This document shows positions 1 through 11,468 of a stretch of 64,000 nt of DNA, piece by piece. The translations under genes were made by a program, and so were the position numbers. Source of the stretch: an uncultured delta proteobacterium (GTDB lineage: Bacteria; Desulfobacterota; Binatia; UBA9968); NCBI GenBank assembly GCA_963804165.1, contig CAWDPO010000042.1, positions 32,001 to 96,000 on the forward strand, read 5' to 3'. Position 1 is the first letter of the stretch. The number at the start of each line of letters is the position of its first letter. The notes under the pieces were generated by a model. It saw nothing but the letters and a program-made list of their open reading frames with translations, was not told the DNA's origin and ran no database searches.

Positions 1-114
1 GAGGTTACTTGAAATAACGGGCAGAGGTATCAGCATCAGGACAGTTTCAGACTGAGTTTACCGTCGGTGCTTGCCGATAGATGATCCGCCTTCTAAACTT
101 TCTCGGTATATCTC

Positions 115-477
115 TCAATCGAAAATCAGCAACAGCCAGACTGTCGCCGCCAGGACGATCGAACAGAAAACCGCTGCTGACCCGAGATCCTTGGCGCGGC
201 CGGAAAGTTCGTGATGCTCGCTGCCGATGCGGTCGACGACGGTCTCGATGGCGGAATTGATCAGCTCGACAAGCACCACTTGCAAACAACTGCCGATCAA
301 GAGCGCCCTTTCGCCGCCGTTTGTTCCAATAACCCAGGCAATCGGTACGGCAACCAGGAGAATGTAAGACTCGTAGCGCAACGCGGGTTGCGTGCGCCAG
401 CCCTCACTTAATCCCTTAAACGAGTACCGCATCGCATTGAGGATACGCTCGATCGGTGCGAAGTCGCCGCGCGCCAT
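115..477 (-). CDS. dgkA: Diacylglycerol kinase (prokaryotic membrane type)
   Basis: 120 aa; motifs ELINSAIETVVDRIG and SGRAKDLGSAAV; three hydrophobic helices. Confidence 0.95.
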   Translation of the reverse strand: MARGDFAPIERILNAMRYSFKGLSEGWRTQPALRYESYILLVAVPIAWVIGTNGGERALLIGSCLQVVLVELINSAIETVVDRIGSEHHELSGRAKDLGSAAVFCSIVLAATVWLLLIFD

Positions 478-546
478 ACAAAAACTGAAAGCTCAACGGC
501 GCTTAACCGATGAGCCGCATCACGAGGTCTGAACCCGGTAGGTTCG

Positions 547-2771
547 TCATCGTCCCTTGAGCGCGTTCAATACTTTTTCAGCCGTGATCGGCAATGATTT
601 AATCCGCACTCCGACCGCGTCCTCGACCGCGTTGGCGATGGCCGCCGCGGTGGGGATCAGCGCGGTCTCGCCGATGCTCATGCTGTTATACGGCCCGCTG
701 CCGAAGTCGGACTGTAGTATGGCCGTTTTGAGCTCCGGGATATCCTGGATGTTCGGGATCTTGTACTCGCCGAGATTGGCAGCCAGCACTTTTCCACTTT
801 CGTCATAGGCGAGATCCTCAATCACTCCATAACCCAGTCCCATGATGACCGCACCGTCGATCTGGCCTTGATGCGTCAGTGGGTTCAGGATCGTCCCCGT
901 ATTGTGCGCCGTCGTGAGTTTCTTTACGCGCACTTCGCCGGTGTCCTCGTCGACCTCGACTTCGGCCACCTGCGCCACCAGCGAGGCTTCCGGCCCGTCG
1001 GCCATATTCATGTAGTGACCCTCGGCGATCAACGGCTTGCCGTTGGCCCGGGCGATGTCGGCGTAGGTCATGCGCCGCTCGGCGCGGCCGTGGGTCACCC
1101 CGCCATCGTACAAGATCAGCTCGCCCTCAGCTGCATTCATTACGCGGCCGGCAATTTTGAGAATTTCTTCACGCAACCTGCGCGCGCGCGTCGAGCGCCG
1201 AGTGACCGTGCACCCGCGTGCTGCTGCTGCCGCGCACGCCGGTGTCTTTAATGACCTCGGATGAGTCGAGCATCTCGACACGGATCGAATCGAGCGGCAC
1301 TTTGAGCTCTTCGCCGACGATCTGGCGCATCATGGTAAAAACCCCGGGGCCGGTGTCGGTCACCGCAGATGAGAGGGTGATCGCGCCTTCTTCGTCGACT
1401 TTGACGCGCACGTACGATTCGCCGCCTTTGGAAACCCAGTCCGCGATCGCGCAGCCGCGGCCGATGCTTTTCGTTTTGCTGCGGCGAAAACCCGATTCAT
1501 CCAAAGCTTTCATCAGTGTTTCGGTCGCTTTGACGTGCGGGATGACTTCACCCAAGCGGCGAGGTGTCGCCGTCATGCATCAAATTCATGCGGCGAAACT
1601 CGACGGGGTCGATTCCCAATTGCCGCGCCACTAGATCGGCTTGGCTTTCGCTGGCAAACATCGCCTGCAGATGACCCGGGGCGCGCATGTAACCGCACGG
1701 CATCTTATTGGTGTAAACGTATTTTTCTTCGACCAAACAATTGGGCACGCGGTAAGGACCCGGCGCGTCGTGGGCGCCGACGAGAAATCCCTGCGGCCGG
1801 TAGGCGCCATAGGCGCCGCTGTCGAAAATAAACTGCACGTGCTGAGCGATCAGGATGCCGTTTTTCTTCACGCCGGTCTTGACCTTGATCACCGCGCCAT
1901 GGCGCGGATTGCCCGCGATCAATTCCTCGGTGTAGTCAATGACCAGCTTGACCGGCCGGCCGCTTTTCTTCGCCAGGGCATAACAAAGTGCGACGTCATT
2001 GCCGTCGCCCTTACCGCCAAAGTCGCCGCCGACATAACAGGGATGAATGATCAGGCTCGTCGGCAGAACCTGTAAGGCATTGCCAACCTGATCGCGCATC
2101 CCGAACGGACTTTTGTTCGACGACCAGATTTCCGCCGTGCCGTCAGAGTTGACCCGCACGAGAGATGAATGCGGCTCGATATACGCCTGATGCACAGGGG
2201 GGACCGTAAAAGTATTTTCGACGACCACGTCGGATTGCCGGAAGCCTTCCTGCACTTCGCCCTTCTTCCAGTTGAGTTGGACAAACACGTTGCTCGGCGT
2301 CTCGATCTTGTGCAGCAATCCCTTGTATTCGGCGAGATTCGGATGGAGCAGAGGCGCTCCCGGTTCCATCGCGTCGAGCGGATCAGTGATGACCGGCAAG
2401 TCTTCGTACTCCACTTCGATTAAATCGACCGCTGCTTCTGCGATCGCTTCGCTCTCGGCTGCGACGGCGGCGATTTTTTCGCCGATGTAGCGCACCACGC
2501 CGTCGGCGAGGATCGGCATGTCGACGATCTTCTTGCCGATCTTGGCGCCGGCAAGATCCGCGCCGGTTAGAACGGCATTGACTCCCTGCAGCGCGATCGC
2601 TTTTGACGCATCGATTTTCTTGATTCGGCCGTGCGCGATAGGGCTGCGCAGCACCTTCGCCCAAAGCATATCCGGCAGCCTGACGTCGACTGCGTATATG
2701 GCGCCGCCGCCGACTTTTTGCTCGCCTTCCACTCGCGGACTCGGAATACCGACGCTACGCATCTCATTCAT
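547..2771 (-). CDS. Xanthine dehydrogenase/CoxL-family molybdopterin-binding subunit, split over three ORFs by two frameshifts
   Basis: LRSPIAHGRIKKID, VGGDFGGKG, YMRAPG, GQIDGAVIMGLG, AIANAVEDAVGVRIKSLPITAEKV in ORFs 1548-2771, 1169-1576 and 547-1281. Confidence 0.9.
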
Positions 2772-2960
2772 GTGAAATAACCTCGATGTTTTAGCGGGCT
2801 ACAATAAAACAAATCGCTACTTTTTCTTCGCTAACTTTCTTACGTCGTTACAAATTCTTACTTATTTTACCTTATACTTGTTTTCAAATCACATCTATGG
2901 TTTGTGGTAGTTACAACAAGCCAACATTCGTCGCAAGCAAATTTAAGGAGGATATATCTC

Positions 2961-3248
2961 GTGGACGACGTTAAGAGTCAGATGGAAGGCGTAACTCGCG
3001 TATACATCGAACTGGACAATAAAATCTCCGACAAAGGCGGCGTGCAAAATCTGTTTGGCATGAACCGCAAAATTCGCCAAGCGCTGGAGTCCATTAGCAT
3101 CGGCGAACTCGACTCCATGCTCGCGGAAATTCATCGCGCCAAAGAAGGATTGACCCGGCTACAGGAAGACGTCGTTGAGATCAGGGTTTTAAAAGAGGTC
3201 CTCTCCTCCCCGATGTCAAAACCGATCAACGGCCAATCCCGACCGTAG
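2961..3248 (+). CDS. Hypothetical helical/coiled-coil protein (~95 aa)
   Basis: Strong SD (AAGGAGG) ahead of GTG at 2961; AT-rich upstream region; hairpin downstream (~3282-3306). Confidence 0.7.
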   Translation: MDDVKSQMEGVTRVYIELDNKISDKGGVQNLFGMNRKIRQALESISIGELDSMLAEIHRAKEGLTRLQEDVVEIRVLKEVLSSPMSKPINGQSRP

Positions 3249-3380
3249 ACCCACGCCAGAGCAGCTCACATTCCGTGCGGTGGATCGCCCCAACGTTGGG
3301 TGATCCGACTGCTTGTATTTGGCTGTGTCAAAATACTCACGGCCTACATCCATCCCGGTAGGCTGGCAGCGCTTTTGCCG

Positions 3381-6300
3381 TTAAAAACCGCCCGGTGAGC
3401 TTTGTTGCGGCGCCACTGGAAGCTGGAGTCGGCTGACCAGTTCTCCCAACGAACCCGCGCCGATAACACTGCCATTTTCATAGGCGATGGCTTGATTTGA
3501 ATACGGTGAGAGCCGCGCGCCAGGGGTGAGTATTCCTACCAAGTTGAGCGGGTCCGCCGATGAAACGATCACGGGTCCTGGGCGCGCGGCAATGCGCCGC
3601 AACCCGCGCAACTCCTCGACAGCTTGCGGCAAGGCAAACTGCTCGCCGACAAACCCATCGATGAAACGTCCGCCGCGGATTTCGCCGCGCGCTTCCAATC
3701 GCCGGTAAATACTCAGCAAATTGCGCCACGACGGCATGATGATTTCACGCGCGAGTAAATCGCGAAAGACGACTCCGTAACGCTGTAGCAATTGCCGCGC
3801 TCGCCGCTCCAAGATCGTGTCGCCGCTCACCCGCTGGTCTGCCGGCCCGTTTCGCCACAGCGACCAGCGACCCACGGGCATGAGTCGTTCGGGACTCCTG
3901 CCTCCGGAAATGATCCGAAGACTGCGCCGAGCGACTCTCTTGTGATCCGGCGTTAGGAGTACTCTCAGGCCGCCGATGCCATCGCCGGTCGCAAGTCCAT
4001 GCGCGACCAATTGCCACAGGGCTTGTTCTACTTTGACCTTCAGCAGGCCGGTGCCGCGGGCGACGTCGTCCAGAAACGACGCGCCATGCCGATCGAGATA
4101 TTGGGCGACTTCCACGGCCATCGGCGATAGCGTTTTAACTTCGTCAAAACGTAGCCCCGACGCTTCCAGGAAAGTATCAAGATCTTCACGCAACAGAAAT
4201 GAGATCGGCGCGTTTCGCCCCGGCGCCAGCAATCTCCGAGCGCGTCTCGAGGTGGCGGGTGGACGGGAGGGTTCCTCCACGGTAGCCGCGCCCCTTTGCA
4301 GCCGCCCCCACGCGATCACACCGGCAAGACATAACTGCTCGAGATCGGCGGGATCGTAATGTTCGATTCGCGCCGGCAAAACATGCTGTTCCCAGGCGGG
4401 CGCGGGCAATTCGAGTCCCTGCAACTGTTCGATCACGCGCAGTATGCCGTCCCGTCCGCGCAATTGTGTTGCCGGTGCGACATGCTGCCATCCGAGCAGA
4501 AATCTCATGAACTCTACCGCCGACACCGGCTCGATTTCTTTGCGCATGCGCCCGAGGGTCAACCGATGAATCCGCGCCAACAGAACTCTATCGCACCACT
4601 CCATCTCGCGGGACGCGGCGCCGGAAGGCGTGAATTCGCCACGCATCGCCACGCCGGCGCTTTCCAAAGCAATCAAGGCCGCCTCAATCTTGCTGGATGG
4701 AAGGGCCAAGCGCGCGGCGAGATTGGTGACGATGATCGGACCGCTGACCTCCAGCCATCCCTGGACAATCTTGCGAAACGCATCTTCCGCCGATGCAATC
4801 GTCTCATTGAAGCCGAGGGGCAGCTCCACCGGTGGATTAAGCGAGACATCGGTGATCACGAGACGGATTAGATCGCTGTGCTCGGCGGCAACGTAGGCAC
4901 GTCTCTCGATATTTTCGTCGTGCCAAGCGGCCACGCTGGCACGGCCGTTTTTAATTAATTCTTCAGCCAGCGGTAGCCAGTCCGAACGAAAATCCACCGG
5001 CAACAAACAGACGCCGAGCAACAGATCATGCAACTCGTCGGCGTTACGCACTTCGGGCCAAGCCTGTCTGCGCACTTCGTCGATCGCGGCTTGATCGAGC
5101 CGGCCGAACTCACGTCCTAACCAGGGATCGACCCGGCGCAGCGAAACCGCCCGCGCACGCCGTTCTTCCAGCGGCGCATCATCCAAGAAAGCGTACGGAT
5201 TGGCGTTGAGAATTTCATGCGCCATGGGCGACGGCGCGGGAGTGTCGATGGCGACAGTCTGGATCGCACCACTCTCGATACGCGCCAGGATCTCGGCCAA
5301 GCCGTCCATGTCCATAGCCTCGTGCAAACAATCACCGATGGTTTCTTTGACCAGGGGATGATCGGGTAGCTCCACCGGGCCGCTGCGATTGTCCTGGCAC
5401 ATCACTTGTTCGGGAAACACGGCCGCGAGCAAGTCCTCGGCGCGCATGCGCTGCAGCGCCACGGGAATTTTGCGGCCGCCGCTATGGCGCAGCACCGCCA
5501 GGGCGCGGCTCGCATTCCAGCGCCAGCGGTTGGTAAACATCGGCGAAACGAGCGCCGCCTGAGTCAAATTGGATTCGAGAATCGCCGGTTTCAACATCGA
5601 AAACACGTCGCTCAAAGGAAACGAATGCTGCTCGACCAGAGAAATGCAAATGCCGTCGTCGGTCGCCGCTGCCTGCAGCTCGCGGTCGAAGCTCACGCAA
5701 AAACGCTTGCGCAGCGCCAAGCCCCAGGCGCGATTGATGCGCCCACCCCAGGGTGAATGGAGAATCAACTGCATGCCGCCGGCCTCGTCGAAGAACCGCT
5801 CGGCAATGATTTTTTCCTGCGACGGCACGGTGCCGAGCGTCGCCACGGTATCGGCGACATAATTGACGATTTGCTCGGCGGCGCCCGGCGGCATGGAAAC
5901 TTCTTCGATCAGCCATTGCGCTGCTCTCGCTCGGTCCCTCAACTTAGCCGCGACGGCTTCGCGCAAATCGGCAACCGCTTTCGATAGTTCCAGTGTCCGG
6001 CCCGGCGCTTCGCCCATCCAGAACGGAATCGTCGGCGGCAGCCCTTGAGCGTCTTCAACATGAACTTTGCCAGAACCGACGCGGCGGATACGCCAGGACC
6101 GGTTACCGAGCAGAAAAATATCGCCCCCGAGACTCTCGATCGCGAAGTCTTCGTGGACCTTGCCGACGAAGGTTTCACTCGGAAACTCGATGACATCGTA
6201 GTCAGCGGTATCGGGAATCGCGCCGCCGTTGGTGATCGCCGTCAAGCGGGCGCCGCGACGGGCCCGCAGCACGCCGTGAATCCGATCGCGGTGAAGATAG

Positions 6301-7757
6301 GCGCTTCTGCGGCTGCGCCGGGTTTCCACGCCCTCGCTGAGGATTTCGAGCAGCTGTTCGTACTCTACCCGAGTGAGATCTCTGTATGGATATGCGGAAC
6401 GAGCCAGCTGCCATAACGCATCTTCCGTGATGCCGTCTGGCTCATGGCTGCGCTTCTTGCCGGCGACTCTTTCCGACGGTGTCATGCTCGCCACCGTCGC
6501 CACCATTTGCTGGGCCAAGACGTCGAGCGGTTTCTTGACGACCGCCAGCTTATCCAATTCTCCCTGGCGCACGGCGCGAATCGCCGCCACCGATTGCAAA
6601 AGATCGTCGCGGGTCAACGGATAGAGAATGCCTTTGGGAATCGCGCCGAGCCAGTGGCCCGACCTGCCGACGCGCTGCAGCAATACTGCCAAATTACGCG
6701 GCGAACCGATGTGACAGACGACGTCGACGTGGCCGATGTCAATGCCGAGCTCCAACGAAGCTGTCGCCACCACGACGGGGAATTGCCCGGACTTGAGTTT
6801 TCCTTCGACCTCGAGACGAGTCTTGCGCGACAAGCTGCCATGATGCGCCCCGACTTTGCCCTCGCCGAGCCGTTCGGTCAATTGGTGCGCCACCCGCTCG
6901 ACCAAACGGCGCGTGTTGACGAAAATCAAGCTCGTGTGGTGCGTCCGGATTTGCTCGACAATCTTGTCATAGACCGCCGCCCAAATATCCTGGCGAATGA
7001 TCGGGCCAAGCTCGTCATCGGGAATCTCGATGCGCAATTCCATCTCACGCTGATGACCGACGTCGACGACGGCGCAGTCGGGCGCGCCGTCCGTAGAGAT
7101 ATTGCGCGTGCCCACCAGCAGCCGCGCGATCTCTTCGATCGGCTTTTGTGTCGCGCTCAAGCCGATTCGTTGCATTCGACGTCCCGACAGTGCATCGAGC
7201 CGTTCCAGCGACAGCGCGAGATGCGCTCCTCGCTTGTCTTGCGCGATGGCGTGAATCTCATCGACGATCAGCGTCTCGGCAGTTTTCAGGAAGTCGCGGC
7301 TGCGCGCCGCCGTGAGCAGGATATAGAGCGATTCCGGCGTGGTGATCAGAATGTGCGGCGGCCGGCGCACCATCGATTGGCGTTCGTGCGCCGGCGTATC
7401 GCCGGAACGAACAGCCACGCGGATGGTCGGCAGGAGAATCCCTTCACGTCCGGCGAGCTGGTAAATTTCCGCTAGCGGCGCCTGTAGATTTTTGGCGATG
7501 TCGTTGCCCAGCGCCTTGAGCGGCGAAACGTAGACGACACTGGTTTGCTCATCGAGTCCGCCATCGAGCGCGCGCTTGATCAACCGGTCGATGGACCAGA
7601 GAAACGCCGCAAGCGTTTTGCCTGAGCCGGTCGGCGCCGCGATCAGCGTCGACTTGCCCGCGGCGATAGACTCCCAGCCTTGCGCTTGGGCCGGCGTCGC
7701 AACTTGAAAGCGCTCGGCAAACCAGCGTCGAACCAAAGGGTGAAAAGGTGTTTCCAA
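3381..7757 (-). CDS. lhr: Lhr-family ATP-dependent DEAD/H helicase (long form)
   Basis: 1458 aa; APTGSGKT, ITTPESL, DEIH, SLELGIDIG, QRVGRSGH; C-terminal RGGRFIDGFVGEQFA. Confidence 0.95.
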   Translation of the reverse strand: METPFHPLVRRWFAERFQVATPAQAQGWESIAAGKSTLIAAPTGSGKTLAAFLWSIDRLIKRALDGGLDEQTSVVYVSPLKALGNDIAKNLQAPLAEIYQLAGREGILLPTIRVAVRSGDTPAHERQSMVRRPPHILITTPESLYILLTAARSRDFLKTAETLIVDEIHAIAQDKRGAHLALSLERLDALSGRRMQRIGLSATQKPIEEIARLLVGTRNISTDGAPDCAVVDVGHQREMELRIEIPDDELGPIIRQDIWAAVYDKIVEQIRTHHTSLIFVNTRRLVERVAHQLTERLGEGKVGAHHGSLSRKTRLEVEGKLKSGQFPVVVATASLELGIDIGHVDVVCHIGSPRNLAVLLQRVGRSGHWLGAIPKGILYPLTRDDLLQSVAAIRAVRQGELDKLAVVKKPLDVLAQQMVATVASMTPSERVAGKKRSHEPDGITEDALWQLARSAYPYRDLTRVEYEQLLEILSEGVETRRSRRSAYLHRDRIHGVLRARRGARLTAITNGGAIPDTADYDVIEFPSETFVGKVHEDFAIESLGGDIFLLGNRSWRIRRVGSGKVHVEDAQGLPPTIPFWMGEAPGRTLELSKAVADLREAVAAKLRDRARAAQWLIEEVSMPPGAAEQIVNYVADTVATLGTVPSQEKIIAERFFDEAGGMQLILHSPWGGRINRAWGLALRKRFCVSFDRELQAAATDDGICISLVEQHSFPLSDVFSMLKPAILESNLTQAALVSPMFTNRWRWNASRALAVLRHSGGRKIPVALQRMRAEDLLAAVFPEQVMCQDNRSGPVELPDHPLVKETIGDCLHEAMDMDGLAEILARIESGAIQTVAIDTPAPSPMAHEILNANPYAFLDDAPLEERRARAVSLRRVDPWLGREFGRLDQAAIDEVRRQAWPEVRNADELHDLLLGVCLLPVDFRSDWLPLAEELIKNGRASVAAWHDENIERRAYVAAEHSDLIRLVITDVSLNPPVELPLGFNETIASAEDAFRKIVQGWLEVSGPIIVTNLAARLALPSSKIEAALIALESAGVAMRGEFTPSGAASREMEWCDRVLLARIHRLTLGRMRKEIEPVSAVEFMRFLLGWQHVAPATQLRGRDGILRVIEQLQGLELPAPAWEQHVLPARIEHYDPADLEQLCLAGVIAWGRLQRGAATVEEPSRPPATSRRARRLLAPGRNAPISFLLREDLDTFLEASGLRFDEVKTLSPMAVEVAQYLDRHGASFLDDVARGTGLLKVKVEQALWQLVAHGLATGDGIGGLRVLLTPDHKRVARRSLRIISGGRSPERLMPVGRWSLWRNGPADQRVSGDTILERRARQLLQRYGVVFRDLLAREIIMPSWRNLLSIYRRLEARGEIRGGRFIDGFVGEQFALPQAVEELRGLRRIAARPGPVIVSSADPLNLVGILTPGARLSPYSNQAIAYENGSVIGAGSLGELVSRLQLPVAPQQSSPGGF

Positions 7758-8030
7758 AGACCTTGCTCCGATGAAGCGGTGAAATCCAGCGTAAGCGGAA
7801 TATCAGAACGGGTCAACAGAGAAGCAGTGTACAACCGTCAACCGCGGGGCGCCCCCTCGCAGCTTGTGCGCGATCCGATCAATTGCCAACCGCCGATCCC
7901 ATCCTGGACCTACACGGATTTCATTCTTGCCGGGAGTTCGTCGTTTGCCGCCGCCGACACCCGCGGCTAAAAAAATGTAACGGCTACGTTCTGCAATCTC
8001 GTGCGAGAGGCAGCGGGAAATCGCCAAAGG

Positions 8031-8432
8031 CTATTTGGCGGATTTGGTCTCGGCTTTTGCGGGCGCCTTCGTTTCCGGCGCTTTGGTTTCCGGGGTCTTT
8101 GCTTCAGGGGCGAAACCGATGCCACGCTTTTGCAGCTCTTCCATCACCATCCTCGCGCCGGCATGGCCTTGATCCGCAAGTTGGCTGGTTTTTGTCACGA
8201 GGGTCTTAAATTGCAGCTGGACCTTTTGCGCTTCCTGAATCGCCGCCTCTTGATTGCTCTTGACCGCTGCCAGATTGCTTCGTTCGCTCGCGAATTGCAG
8301 CGTTTGAAACCCGAAGTGGAGGGTCAGTGCCAGAAGAGTCATGATCAACGGCAGATTCGAAACGGTTTTTTCCCCGGGAACCGCATCCTGCGTCTGCTCT
8401 TGTGCCGCGATGTTTTCGTTTTCGTCAGCCAT
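8031..8432 (-). CDS. Hypothetical single-TM coiled-coil protein with PETKA repeat tail
   Basis: TM segment LPLIMTLLALTLHFGF, then Q/E-rich heptads. Confidence 0.75.
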   Translation of the reverse strand: MADENENIAAQEQTQDAVPGEKTVSNLPLIMTLLALTLHFGFQTLQFASERSNLAAVKSNQEAAIQEAQKVQLQFKTLVTKTSQLADQGHAGARMVMEELQKRGIGFAPEAKTPETKAPETKAPAKAETKSAK

Positions 8433-8438
8433 GTGATC

Positions 8439-8726
8439 TCACTTTTTCGCCGGCGCGTTCTCCGGCGCGTTGCCGAGATTGACGCCGCTCTCGGCCAGGA
8501 TTTTCTTCAATTGCTCGTCATTCGTTTTCACGGCCAGGCTCGCGAGTACCGTGACCAGCTGGCGATTGAGAGTTTCGAGTTGAATGGTCTGGGCAATTTC
8601 CTGCTGGCGCTCGCTCAGTTCGGCTTGAATCGACTGATTGCCGAGGGAGATTAGGATATTGATGACGACCAATACGAGAATCAGCGACGACCAGAGGGTC
8701 AGGAAGATTTTGGCCTTTTTACTCAT
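8439..8726 (-). CDS. Hypothetical single-TM coiled-coil protein
   Basis: N-terminal TM helix then coiled coil; 6 nt from the next gene. Confidence 0.75.
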   Translation of the reverse strand: MSKKAKIFLTLWSSLILVLVVINILISLGNQSIQAELSERQQEIAQTIQLETLNRQLVTVLASLAVKTNDEQLKKILAESGVNLGNAPENAPAKK

Positions 8727-8980
8727 AGATTGATGTCCGTCCTAGCTGGGTGCTTGCGTGTCGTGTAAGATTCGCCGCATGGCCGCTTGAAGGCCTGTCC
8801 TTTTATACAATAGTGCTGGAAGCATCGTGCCGCTGATGACCGGCACGCCGACCGTCAACACGTTCGAGGGAGGGATGGTCGCTCGCTTACCGTTCACCTC
8901 TGATCGATCAACCGACGCAAAACACCACCGCACCGTAAGCCAATCCTGCGCGTTGCCGCCCCACACAGAATCGAAGATTT

Positions 8981-9617
8981 CTAATAAATCAAACTGCCCA
9001 ACCGCTCCCAACGCACCCAGCGATCGATGCCGTCCCAGGACCAATAGATCAAAAAGGCTTTGCCGCGCACTTCGTTCAGATTGACAAAACCCCAAAAGCG
9101 GCTGTCGTAGCTGCGATCCCGATTATCTCCCATGACGAAGATATGGTTTTCCGGAACCACCTTTGGCCCATAATCGTCACCGTTTCCCGTCGCGCCCACT
9201 TGGGGATCGTAGACCCGCGAAATGGGCGTGCGAATCTTCGACCTGCTTGCCGTTGATGAAAACCTTCTTGCCGCGCACCTCGACGGTGTCGCCGGCGACA
9301 CCGATCACCCGTTTGATGAAATCTTTCGAGCGGTCTTCCGGGTAAATGAAGACGACCACATCGCCGCGCTGCCGGTGCGCAGTATTCGCACCAGATAGCG
9401 TTCTAAAAAAGGTATCCGCACGCCGTAGGAGAGTTTGTTGACCAGGATATGATCGCCGATCTGCCAAGGTCGGAATCATCGAACCCGACGGAATCTTAAA
9501 CGCCTGCACGATAAACGTGCGAATAAACAGCGCCAATACCAGCGCCATCAAGATCGCTTCCGCATATTCGCGAAACGTCGACTTTGTCTTCACCGTTGGC
9601 GAGCTGTCCCTCACCAT
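8981..9617 (-). CDS. lepB: Signal peptidase I (frameshifted)
   Basis: AFKIPSGSMIPTL, DFIKRVIG, FVMGDNRDRSYDSRFWG. Confidence 0.93.
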
Positions 9618-9667
9618 TTTGCTCTTTTACTTTATTCACCTTTTCCACGCCATTAGCAACCCCCGAG

Positions 9668-11468
9668 TTACACTTTGAGCGCCGCAAGAAAAGCTTCTTG
9701 GGGAATTTCCACTTTGCCGACTTGTTTCATGCGCTTCTTACCTTCTTTCTGGCTTTCCAGCAGTTTGCGTTTGCGCGTGATATCGCCGCCATAGCATTTC
9801 GCGGTCACGTTTTTGCGCAGCGCCTTCACCGACTCGCGGGAAATGATCCGGCTGCCGATAGCGGCCTGGATAACCACTTCGAAAAGCTGGCGCGGGATCA
9901 GCTCGCGCATTTTCTGCACCAAATCGCGGCCGCGGTAATAAGCTTTGTCGCGGTGCACGATCATCGACATGGCATCGACGACGTCGCCATTGATGCGCAC
10001 GTCGAGTTTGACCAGATCAGCCTCGCGATAGCCGGCCAGCTCGTAATCCATCGACGCATAACCGCGGCTCACCGATTTAAGCCTATCATAAAAATCGACG
10101 ACAATCTCGTTGAGCGGCAACTCATAGGCCAGCATCACCCGCTTCGGGCCCAGGTAGCGGATTTCTTTTTGCGTGCCGCGCTTCTCCTCGCAGAGTCTTA
10201 AGCACCGCGCCGAGAAATTCCTGTGGCAAGTGCATCGTCGCCTGGATCATCGGCTCTTCGATCCGCTCGATCTCCGCCTCGTTGGGCAGCTTGCACCGGA
10301 TTGTCGATCATGCAGACTTCGCCGGCGGTGGTCACCCGGTAAACCACCGTCGCCGCGGTGGTGATCAGGCTCAAGCTAAATTCGCGCTCGAGCCGCTCGC
10401 GCACGATGTCCATGTGCAGCAGGCCCAAAAAACCGCAGCGGAATCCGAAACCCAACGCCTGCGACGTTTCCGGCTCGATATGTAAACGACGAATCGTTGA
10501 GACGGAGTTTTTCCAGCGCGTCGCGCAACGCCTGATACTGTCCGACTCGGTCGGATAGAGACCGCTGAAAACCATCGGCTTCATCGGTTTGAAACCGGGC
10601 AGCGGCTTTGCTCGCGGGATGATCGTCCAGTCGTAATCGTATCGCCGATGCGCGTTTCGGAGACTTCTTTGATGCCGGCCATGATAAAGCCGACTTCGCC
10701 GGCGTTGAGTTCGGGGGTTTCCACCGGGCCCGGGCGAATAGACGCCGAGCCGGAGCACTTCAAAGCTCCGGCCGCTCGACATCATGCGAATCTTCGTGCC
10801 CTTTTGCACTGGGCCGTCGAACACCCGCGTCATCACCACGGCGCCATGATAGGGGTCAAACCAGCAATCGATGATCAATGCGCGCAAGGAGCGCGAAGCG
10901 TCGCCCTTGGGCGGCGGAAAGTGGTGCACGATCGCCTTCGAGGATATCTTCCGTGCCGATCGCCTTCTTTCGCGCTCGCGCAGGACCGCATTCGAAGCAT
11001 CGAGGCCGATGACATCTTCGATCTCGGCTTCTGACCCGTTCCGGCTCGGCGCTCGGCAAATCGATCTTGTTGATCACCGGCAGGATTTCGAGATTGTGAT
11101 CCAACGCCATGTGAACGTTGGCGACGGTCTGCGCTTCCACGCCCTGGGCGGCGTCGACCACCAGCAGCGCGCCTTCGCAGGCCGCCAAACTGCGCGACAC
11201 TTCATAGGTGAAATCGACATGGCCCGGCGTATCGATCAAGATTGAGCTTGTACTCTTTGCCGTCTTTGGCGCGATAGCGCAGGCAGACCGGGCTGGCCTT
11301 GATCGTGATGCCGCGCTCGCGTTCAAGGTCCATGCTGTCGAGAATCTGCTCGGTTCTTTCGCGCGCGCTGACCGCGCCGGTGAATTCCAGCAGCCGGTCC
11401 GCCAAAGTCGACTTGCCGTGATCGATGTGCGCGATGATGGAGAAATTTCTGATATGGTCGAGTTTCAT
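9668..11468 (-). CDS. lepA: Elongation factor 4 LepA (multiple frameshifts)
   Basis: [50 protein letters not shown]. Confidence 0.96.

Noticed and set aside
8826-8847. CTGATGA hammerhead-like core
   Set aside because: It is only the loop of a CGTGCCG/CGGCACG hairpin; no stem II-GAAA-stem III arrangement follows.
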